DNA of 61,130 nt, taken from the NCBI GenBank assembly GCA_027858225.1, contig JAQIDB010000177.1, positions 1 to 61,130 on the forward strand, read 5' to 3'. Positions within the stretch are counted from its first letter, which is position 1. Each line of letters starts with the position of its first letter. A program made the position numbers and the translations under genes. Of this stretch, positions 28,296-35,938 are shown one piece after another. Source of the stretch: Candidatus Delongbacteria bacterium. Lineage in GTDB: Bacteria; UBA4055. The notes beneath the pieces were generated by a model. The model did no database searches and was not told where the DNA came from. It worked only from the letters and a program-made list of their open reading frames with translations.

Positions 28296-30374
28296 TTGTT
28301 CAAAGTAATAAAACAAACTGGGATTATAATGGAATTAATGTCACCCGCAGGAAATTATTCATCTTTCAAAGCAGCTTTAACATCCGGTGCAGACGCTATT
28401 TACATGGGATTGAGCTTGTTTAATGCCAGGAAACCTGCAAAGAATTTTGGTTTTACTGAATTAGAGGGCATTGTACGAGAAGCCCATTCAAAAAATTCAA
28501 AAATCTATATTACTTTAAATATAGACCTCAAATCTAATGAATTACTTGATGCGGTTAAGATACTGACTTTACTTAAAAAGGTTAAAGTTGATGCAGTTAT
28601 CGTTAAAGATTTGGCAATAGTTTATTTTATTAATAAATTTTTCCCTAAACTTGAAATTCATTTAAGTACTCAATTTGGAATTGCAAATTCAAAAGCGATG
28701 GAAGCAGCCGGAGATCTATTAAAAGCGGAGCGAGTTGTCCTCGCTAGAGAATTAAATTATAATGAAATCAAAGCATTAGATAGAGAAAACTATCCTGAAA
28801 GAGAAATATTTATTCAAGGATCAATGTGCTTTTCCTTTTCAGGCCGATGTCTTATGTCAAGCTGGAATGGAGGGAAATCTGCTAACAGAGGTTCTTGCCA
28901 AGCTCCATGTAGATTTATTTACAATAAGAATAGTGAAGAAGCTCCTGAAAGTTACTTTTCTATGAAAGATCTGTCTTTAGCTGAGAAAATAGATGAATTA
29001 AAAGAATTAAATATATCTGCTTTAAAAATTGAAGGCAGGTTAAAGAGTAGTGACTGGGTTGGCGAAGTTACTTCCATCTATAGAAAAATGTTGGATCATA
29101 ATTCGGAACCAGATCTCAAAATTCTTCAGAAATACTCTGGAAGAGAATTGGCAGAAGGTTTTTATGGAGGACTCAATAATCTTACTTCTGAGCAAAGAAT
29201 AAAACATGAAAGTTTTGCCGGCAATAAAACTTCTTCCACTTCAATTGGTAAAGCAAAATTTGATTTATCTATCAGTCATCAAGATAGTACAATAAAAATT
29301 GATATTTACTCTGACTATGGAAATATCGAACTTTTAGTGCCTCATAAATGGGTTATTAAGGAAAAAAGAGCCGTAGAGATCAGTTTACTCGAAAGTAAGG
29401 TTTCAAGTACTTCTTTTGGTGGATTATTCTTAAACAATTTCAATATTGAAGAAGATTTTCTCGTTTCAAAATCTCAATTGAAAGGCATAGTCTCTGAAAT
29501 TGGATCAAAATTAGCGCCTCTTGCTAATAAGGAAAGAAAGTTCCTAAAAGGTATTCAAATAGCTACGGAGATAGAATCTGAATTTAAAGTGACAAATTTT
29601 GAATCCCCAAATAAAATGCCTATTGAATTTAAAAATGCAACAACTTTAAGAATAACTGCTAATGATATTAAAAGTGTCATAAACGAAATAAATAATTCAT
29701 CAGTAACAAGAGTAATCGTTGACAACTGTACATTTGCTGATATCGTTTTGATCCAAGACCTCGCTAAGATCGTACCAATTGAAATATCACTCTTCCCTAT
29801 TCTTTTTGAGGATGATTTATCAAAAACTGTGAAAATAATTAAAGTATTGGAAAGAATAAAAAACATCTCTTACGAAATAAATGATATCGGTCACTTAACA
29901 CTTTTGAAAAACACCGGTAAAAATATCAACGGTGGACCATCTTTTGCTCCATATAACCATATCTCAGCTAACTTTATGAAGTCATTTGGTCTTTCTAAAG
30001 TTCATATCCCTTTGGAAGCTGACAGAGAAACTATAAAAGGCTTATCTCTTTCAGAGAATAAATTAAGATTCACTCTATATTCTAAAATACCGCTATTTTA
30101 TACTAGAGCTAAAGAAGAGAAATTCAATCACGGAGATTCATTTACAGATTCTCATGAAAAAACAACTGTTCTCATGAAAAACAATAATATTTCAACTTTT
30201 TATTCTAATGAATATTATAGTGCTCACGGTGCTGACCTAAGTGACTTTTTAGTAAATGAATTGATAATAGACCTTTCAAATGAAACTGATATTCTAAATA
30301 AATTTGAAAAATTAAAAAGATCTCCTCAATCATTCAAAGGTGATAATTTCAACCTTGGAAGAAGATTGTCATAA
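28296..30374 (+). CDS. Peptidase U32 family protein, long (RlhA-like) form. The likely true start is the ATG at 28329.
   Basis: The conserved U32 N-terminus MELMSPAGNYSSFKAALTSGADAIYMG starts at the internal Met. The U32 Cys-containing motif is GSMCFSFSGRCLMS. The 692-aa length is comparable to the roughly 650-aa 23S rRNA hydroxycytidine-synthesis U32 proteins. This is recalled from memory and not searched. Confidence 0.75.
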   Translation: MFKVIKQTGIIMELMSPAGNYSSFKAALTSGADAIYMGLSLFNARKPAKNFGFTELEGIVREAHSKNSKIYITLNIDLKSNELLDAVKILTLLKKVKVDAVIVKDLAIVYFINKFFPKLEIHLSTQFGIANSKAMEAAGDLLKAERVVLARELNYNEIKALDRENYPEREIFIQGSMCFSFSGRCLMSSWNGGKSANRGSCQAPCRFIYNKNSEEAPESYFSMKDLSLAEKIDELKELNISALKIEGRLKSSDWVGEVTSIYRKMLDHNSEPDLKILQKYSGRELAEGFYGGLNNLTSEQRIKHESFAGNKTSSTSIGKAKFDLSISHQDSTIKIDIYSDYGNIELLVPHKWVIKEKRAVEISLLESKVSSTSFGGLFLNNFNIEEDFLVSKSQLKGIVSEIGSKLAPLANKERKFLKGIQIATEIESEFKVTNFESPNKMPIEFKNATTLRITANDIKSVINEINNSSVTRVIVDNCTFADIVLIQDLAKIVPIEISLFPILFEDDLSKTVKIIKVLERIKNISYEINDIGHLTLLKNTGKNINGGPSFAPYNHISANFMKSFGLSKVHIPLEADRETIKGLSLSENKLRFTLYSKIPLFYTRAKEEKFNHGDSFTDSHEKTTVLMKNNNISTFYSNEYYSAHGADLSDFLVNELIIDLSNETDILNKFEKLKRSPQSFKGDNFNLGRRLS

Positions 30375-31285
30375 TGATTAAATTCCAAAGAGTAAATAGA
30401 GTTGGAGAATACTGGAAGAGAAAATACGGTGATAAAACCTATAAATTGATCTTCAAAGGCAACTTTACTTGCCCGAATATTGATGGAACTTTAAGTGATC
30501 AGGGCTGTATTTATTGTAATATGAGATCACTTGAACCGTTAATCGATAATAGTAATATTGAAGAGCACATTAAATATTTAGAAAACCGTAATAATGCAAA
30601 ACTTTTTTATGCTTTCTTCCAGGATTACTCATCTACTTATCCAATCCATTCTATTAAAAATAAATATGATTACTTGAAAGAAATTTATACAAATTCTATT
30701 GATAATGAAAAAATAGTAGGCATCTCTGTTTCTACCCGACCTGATTGTATTGATAATAAGATCTTAGATATTTTATCTGAATTAAACAAAGATGTAATAA
30801 TCGAACTTGGTCTGCAAACAACTAATGTGAATGATATTACCTGGATGAATCGGGGACATGCAAATGATAGATTTATAGAGAGTGTTGAACTAATAAAATC
30901 TTATGGATTTGAAGTAGTTACTCACATGATACTGGGATTACCTGAAGAAAATGATAATACAATTATTGCAAATGCAAAATTTCTCAATGATCTAAAAATT
31001 CATGGAATTAAATTTCACCAGTTGATGGTATTGAAAAATACTAAACTTGAAAACCTTTATAATAATAGTGAGATAAACATATTGTCTATTGAAGAATATT
31101 TCAGAAGAGTTTCTTTGTTTTTATCTTATCTTAATAAAGATATTGTAGTTCATAGACTTTACGGAGATGCTCCAAAAAAAGATCTTATTGCACCTAAATG
31201 GTGTATTAATAAAACCGGCACTCAAGATAAATTATTTAATTATCTTGAAGAACATAATATATGCCAGGGATGTAATATTATTTAG
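30374..31285 (+). CDS. Radical SAM protein, TIGR01212 (YhcC/YtqA) family.
   Basis: The 303-aa protein has the Cys triad in FTCPNIDGTLSDQGCIYCN (family-typical CxxxxxxxxxxCxxC spacing). Its start overlaps the U32 stop by 1 nt (TAATG). Confidence 0.7.
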   Translation: MIKFQRVNRVGEYWKRKYGDKTYKLIFKGNFTCPNIDGTLSDQGCIYCNMRSLEPLIDNSNIEEHIKYLENRNNAKLFYAFFQDYSSTYPIHSIKNKYDYLKEIYTNSIDNEKIVGISVSTRPDCIDNKILDILSELNKDVIIELGLQTTNVNDITWMNRGHANDRFIESVELIKSYGFEVVTHMILGLPEENDNTIIANAKFLNDLKIHGIKFHQLMVLKNTKLENLYNNSEINILSIEEYFRRVSLFLSYLNKDIVVHRLYGDAPKKDLIAPKWCINKTGTQDKLFNYLEEHNICQGCNII

Positions 31286-31411
31286 TTTTGTGAATACAAT
31301 TATTTTACGTATATTTCATAATATAAATCAAATAAAATGCAAAATATACATTTTTTGACATTTGTCAATCTTTGTTCTATATTGTACTTAAACCAAAAAG
31401 GAGAAGCAAAA

Positions 31412-32311
31412 ATGAGCGAATTTCCAGTAACTAAAAAACAAATAAAGGTATTTGTTACAATATTCATAGTATTAATATTTCTAATTTTCGGAAAGCAATT
31501 TTTTATCAGTGTTGAGGCCGGTCGTGTTGCTGTAGCAACTCTTTTCGGTGAAGTACAGACTGAGATTTACACCGAAGGTTTACACATTCCTGTAAATCCA
31601 CTTTACAAATGGCATATTTACGATGCTCGGCAGAAAACACATAAAGAACAGGCAAGTGTTCCAACCCAAGATCAACTTCAAACAAGCATTGAAGTAAGTG
31701 TCCAGTTCAGATTACAGGGAGAAGCTACACCGGCTATCTTAAAATCAACTGGTACTTTTGATGATGTAATTAGAGTGCATTTAGTTCCAGCCTTAAGATC
31801 ACTACTTAGAGAACAAGGTAAGTCAATTGCTAATGCTGAAGATTTTTTCCTCGAAGAAACTCAAGAAAATTTACAAACAGCTTTGTTAAGTGGTTTAAAA
31901 GCTTCTCTTGAACCTCAAGGTGTTGTAGTTTCTGCGGTTTTGATTAGAGATATTCAATTACCTCGTTTCATTATGATAGCTATTGAAAAGAAAAAAGAGC
32001 GTGAGCAGGAAGTAGAGAAACAAAAAGCAGAACTCGAAAGATTCACGACTGAACAAAAACAAAAAGTTGTTGCAGCTGAAGCAGAAAAAACTGCCGCTTC
32101 AATGGAAGCTGAGAAAATAATACTTTTAGCTGATGCAGAAGCATATAGAATTGCTAAGATAAATAAATCAATTGGAAACAATGCGAATTACATTAAATTG
32201 CAAGCCTTAGAAGCATTGAAAGCTATATCAAAGGATAAAACATCTAAAATCTATTTCATAAACGGTGACAGTCCAAATCCATTGCCATTGATGAACATTG
32301 GAGATAAATAA
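31412..32311 (+). CDS. SPFH/band-7 (prohibitin/HflC-like) membrane protein. The start was chosen at the ATG at 31412, which has an AGGAG SD.
   Basis: The protein has an N-terminal TM (IFIVLIFLIFGKQFFI), an SPFH domain and a C-terminal coiled-coil rich in E/K/A. The SD aaaggagaagcaaaaATG was seen. Confidence 0.8.
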   Translation: MSEFPVTKKQIKVFVTIFIVLIFLIFGKQFFISVEAGRVAVATLFGEVQTEIYTEGLHIPVNPLYKWHIYDARQKTHKEQASVPTQDQLQTSIEVSVQFRLQGEATPAILKSTGTFDDVIRVHLVPALRSLLREQGKSIANAEDFFLEETQENLQTALLSGLKASLEPQGVVVSAVLIRDIQLPRFIMIAIEKKKEREQEVEKQKAELERFTTEQKQKVVAAEAEKTAASMEAEKIILLADAEAYRIAKINKSIGNNANYIKLQALEALKAISKDKTSKIYFINGDSPNPLPLMNIGDK

Positions 32312-32312
32312 A

Positions 32313-32513
32313 ATGAAACTCACTAAATCAAAAAAGAATTCAATGCTGTTTGGAATTTGTGGTGGTATTGCTGAATGGTTGGAATGGGATCCGACTATTG
32401 TTAGAATCGGTTATGTACTAGCATCTATATTCAGTGCTGCATTCCCTGGAATACTGGTCTACATTATGTTGATATTTATAATGCCAGACCGCGAAGAGAT
32501 TGAAAATTCTTAA
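32313..32513 (+). CDS. PspC-domain membrane protein.
   Basis: MKLTKSKKNSMLFGICGGIAEWLEWDPTIVRIGYVLASIF is the PspC signature (GVCGGLAxY..D.T.VR). A GGAG SD lies 10 nt upstream. It overlaps the SPFH gene tail. Confidence 0.75.
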   Translation: MKLTKSKKNSMLFGICGGIAEWLEWDPTIVRIGYVLASIFSAAFPGILVYIMLIFIMPDREEIENS

Positions 32514-32535
32514 GAGATTTATGGAAGCAAAAAAA

Positions 32536-32566
32536 AGAGACGTTAAAAAGCGTCTCTTTTTTTATT
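32536..32566 (+). terminator. Rho-independent terminator after pspC-like gene.
   Basis: The stem agagacg(ttaaaaag)cgtctct is followed by ttttttt. Confidence 0.7.
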
Positions 32567-32650
32567 TATTCGAAGATGATTTCTAAAATAATATCTTGAC
32601 TAAAACTAATACTTAAGGTAATTTCTTTTCCCTATATTAAAGATATAATA

Positions 32651-33565
32651 ATGGAGTTAATGATGCCTATTACAAAACTTGAAGAAATGTTTGAAGTTCT
32701 AAAATCTAAAGAAAAAAAGAAAATGGTCGCAGCTTATGCAGTAGACTCACATACAATTGATGCTGTAAGTAAAGCAATTGATCTTGGGATTATTGAAGGA
32801 ATTCTTGTAGGATCCAAGACAATGATCGAAGCAGTTTGTAAAGAAGAAAATATCGATATAAACAAATTTGAGATAGTTGACGAAGAAAATAATGTTAAAG
32901 CTACTCAAAAGGCTGTTGAATATATTAATGATGGCAAAGCTGATTTTATCATGAAAGGACTAATCAGTACCGATATTTATATGCGTGCTATCCTTAATAA
33001 AGAGAAAGGTCTTCTTCCACCTAAAGCTACTCTAAGTCATGTTACTGTTGTTGACGTTCCGGCTTACGAAAAGCTCTTGGTAGTTGGTGACGTGGCTCTA
33101 ATTCCTGCTCCAGATCTAAAACAGAAAATGGCAATCACCGGTTATGTAATAAATGCTGCTCATGCTTTAGGCATTGAAAAACCTAAAGTTGCTATGATAG
33201 CCGCTACAGAGCAGATGTCTGCAGGAATGCAGGCTTGTGTTGATGCAGCTATTATATCTAAAATGAGTGATAGAGGACAAATTAAGAATGCGGTTGTTGA
33301 TGGTCCTTTAGCTTTTGATGTTGCTGTGGATAAAGAAAGTGTTAAGATAAAAAAATTAGTCAGTCCTGTAGCTGGAGATGCTGATTGTTTAGTTTTCCCA
33401 AATATTGAATCCGGTAATGTGTTTTTTAAAACGTGCACAAAATTTGCAGGTGGTGAATTAGCAGCTTTAGTAGTAGGTGCAAAATGTCCTGCAGTCCTTA
33501 CTTCAAGGGGTGACAGTACTAAGACTAAAACTTATTCAATAGCACTTGCATGTCTGATGTCTTAA
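32651..33565 (+). CDS. ptb: Phosphate butyryltransferase / phosphate acyltransferase (Pta/Ptb family).
   Basis: The 304-aa protein is immediately upstream of butyrate kinase. The phosphate acetyl/butyryl transferase fold is indicated by the IMKGLISTD and AATEQM regions. Confidence 0.8.
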   Translation: MELMMPITKLEEMFEVLKSKEKKKMVAAYAVDSHTIDAVSKAIDLGIIEGILVGSKTMIEAVCKEENIDINKFEIVDEENNVKATQKAVEYINDGKADFIMKGLISTDIYMRAILNKEKGLLPPKATLSHVTVVDVPAYEKLLVVGDVALIPAPDLKQKMAITGYVINAAHALGIEKPKVAMIAATEQMSAGMQACVDAAIISKMSDRGQIKNAVVDGPLAFDVAVDKESVKIKKLVSPVAGDADCLVFPNIESGNVFFKTCTKFAGGELAALVVGAKCPAVLTSRGDSTKTKTYSIALACLMS

Positions 33566-33614
33566 ATCGAATTAGCTTAATGTTAAAATAAAATAATATA
33601 ATAACGGAGAAAAA

Positions 33615-34688
33615 ATGGACGAACAGAGAATACTCGCAATCAATCCCGGTTCAACCTCGACAAAGATCGCAGTTTATGCTGCGTCAAAACTTCTATTTCT
33701 TAAGAACATTAAGCACTCTGTAGAAGATCTTGCAGGTTTCGAAGTAATCACAGATCAATTTGATTTCAGAAAGGCTGTGATTTTAAAAGAACTTAAAGAA
33801 GCAGAGATTGATCTTAACAAACTTAAGATCATCGTTGGAAGAGGTGGCATTTTAAAACCTGTACCATCTGGTGTTTTTCGAATAAACGATAAAATGAAGC
33901 ATGACCTGATCCATAGTGAGAAAAAACACGCAAGTAATCTTGGTGGTCTTATTGCTGATGATATTGCTCAATCATTACCTGGTGCACAAGCCTTTATAGC
34001 TGATCCTGTTGTTGTTGATGAAATGCATGATCTTGCAAGAATTACAGGACATCCATTATTTGAAAGAGCATCTATTTTTCATGCTTTGAACCAAAAAGCA
34101 GTTGCTCGAAAATATGCAAAAAGCAATGATGTTAAATATGAAGAACTTAATCTTATCGTAGTACACCTTGGTGGTGGTATATCTATTGGTGGTCACAGAA
34201 ATGGTAAAGTTATTGATGTAAATCAGGCTATCGACGGAGAAGGTCCATTCTCACCTGAAAGAGCTGGAACTCTTCCTGTTGGTGATGTTATCGCAATGGC
34301 ATTCAGTGGTAAATACACACATGATGAAATGAAGAAAATGGTTACAGGTCAAGGCGGATTTGCAGCTTACCTTGGAACAAATGATGCTTATGAAGTTGAA
34401 CAAAGAGTTGAAAAAGGTGATCAAAAAGCTAACCTTATACATTGTGCTATGACTTATCAGATAGGTAAGTCAATTGGTGCTATGTCAACAGTATTTATGG
34501 GCAAAGTTGATCAAATTATTATTACTGGCGGAATCGCATACAATAAACCATTCATAGCAAAATTAAAAGAGATATGTGATTGGATTGCTCCATTTACTGT
34601 TTATCCAGGTGAGGATGAAATGGAAGCTCTTGCAATGAACGGTTTGATGGTTTTAAATAAAGAAATTGAGCCGATCGAATATAAATAG
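33615..34688 (+). CDS. buk: Butyrate kinase.
   Basis: The 357-aa protein has the N-terminus ILAINPGSTSTKIAVY (ASKHA phosphate-1 motif). The VVHLGGGISIG and IITGGIAYN motifs are typical of Buk. Confidence 0.9.
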   Translation: MDEQRILAINPGSTSTKIAVYAASKLLFLKNIKHSVEDLAGFEVITDQFDFRKAVILKELKEAEIDLNKLKIIVGRGGILKPVPSGVFRINDKMKHDLIHSEKKHASNLGGLIADDIAQSLPGAQAFIADPVVVDEMHDLARITGHPLFERASIFHALNQKAVARKYAKSNDVKYEELNLIVVHLGGGISIGGHRNGKVIDVNQAIDGEGPFSPERAGTLPVGDVIAMAFSGKYTHDEMKKMVTGQGGFAAYLGTNDAYEVEQRVEKGDQKANLIHCAMTYQIGKSIGAMSTVFMGKVDQIIITGGIAYNKPFIAKLKEICDWIAPFTVYPGEDEMEALAMNGLMVLNKEIEPIEYK

Positions 34689-34710
34689 TTTTAGTTCTTA
34701 AAATAAAAAA

Positions 34711-34738
34711 AGCGAGTTAATTAACTCGCTTTTTTTTT
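34711..34738. terminator. Bidirectional rho-independent terminator between buk and mraY-like gene.
   Basis: The perfect palindrome gcgagttaattaactcgc is flanked by A-run and T-run. Confidence 0.7.
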
Positions 34739-35846
34739 ATCTGATTTTTATAGTGATCAAACTTATCATTGCTAAAATAATACTTACGATCCAGAAACGT
34801 TGAACGATCTTAGTTTCAGCAAGACCCCGGAACTGGAAAGTGTGATGTAATGGTGCTCTGAAAAATATCCTCTTCCCAAGCCAATTGATACCGATCTTTT
34901 CCTGTATTAATACCGAAGCAGCTTCTGCTACAAAAATACCACCCGCAATTAGAAATATCAATTCCTGCTTTGTCGCTAACACTGTAACGCCCAATAACCC
35001 ACCAATAGCCATCGATCCCGTATCACCCATAAATACAGTCGCCGGATAACAGTTATACCATAGGAACCCAAGTCCAGCACCAAATAAAGCCGACATGATG
35101 ATCGTTATTTCTCCAGTACCCGGAGTATAGTTAAAAAGTAGGTATTCTGAAAATTTGATATTTCCGATTATGTATGCAAACACACCATAGACTATACCTG
35201 TTACAATAGATGGTACAATGACCAATCCATCCAACCCATCAGCAAAATTTACGGCATTTGAAATCGCTAACATAGTAAATGTAGCAAAAGGAATATAGAA
35301 CCAACCCAAATCAATAAAGGAATTTCCTTTAATAAATGGAATAGTCATATGTGATACGAATCCTTCAGGAAATGGAGTGGTTTCTTTAAGATAAAATATT
35401 AAAGCAATAACCAATGCAAATAATCCTTGAAGAATTATCTTTGTTAATTGCTTCATGCCTTTATCACTATTACGATATTTTACTTTTTTAATATCATCTA
35501 AAGCTCCAATATATCCATACCAGAGTATTGCAGCAAGAGAAAGAAGAACAAAAGTTGATTGTAGATCTGACCAAAGTAAAATCGAAAAGACTAACGAAGA
35601 GATTATGATCAACCCACCCATAACAGGAGTACCATTTTTGTCACTTACACCAATATTCCCATAATCTCTAACGATATCTCGTATTCCTTTCTTATATAAC
35701 AAAAGAATGATCTTATTTCCGACAAATAAGGAAAATAATAAAGCCGTAATCATAGCTGCCATAGATCTGAACATAATCGAATCAAATAATCTCAGGAATG
35801 ATAAGAATTCATAGTCTGATGAAAGAAAAGAAAGATATTGAAACAT
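34737..35846 (-). CDS. mraY: Phospho-N-acetylmuramoyl-pentapeptide transferase (MraY; polyprenyl-phosphate glycosyl-1-phosphate transferase family).
   Basis: The 369-aa polytopic protein has motifs TPVMGGL, NAVNFADGLDGL and VFMGDTGSMAIGGLLG. It lies outside a dcw cluster, so WecA-like is the alternative. Confidence 0.6.
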   Translation of the reverse strand: MFQYLSFLSSDYEFLSFLRLFDSIMFRSMAAMITALLFSLFVGNKIILLLYKKGIRDIVRDYGNIGVSDKNGTPVMGGLIIISSLVFSILLWSDLQSTFVLLSLAAILWYGYIGALDDIKKVKYRNSDKGMKQLTKIILQGLFALVIALIFYLKETTPFPEGFVSHMTIPFIKGNSFIDLGWFYIPFATFTMLAISNAVNFADGLDGLVIVPSIVTGIVYGVFAYIIGNIKFSEYLLFNYTPGTGEITIIMSALFGAGLGFLWYNCYPATVFMGDTGSMAIGGLLGVTVLATKQELIFLIAGGIFVAEAASVLIQEKIGINWLGKRIFFRAPLHHTFQFRGLAETKIVQRFWIVSIILAMISLITIKIR

Positions 35847-35938
35847 ATATGAACCTAATTTGTTATTTGTTTATAATAGAATATATTCTAAAGATACTCT
35901 TCTTTGCAAGTGAAATGATAATATTTTCGAACTATATA

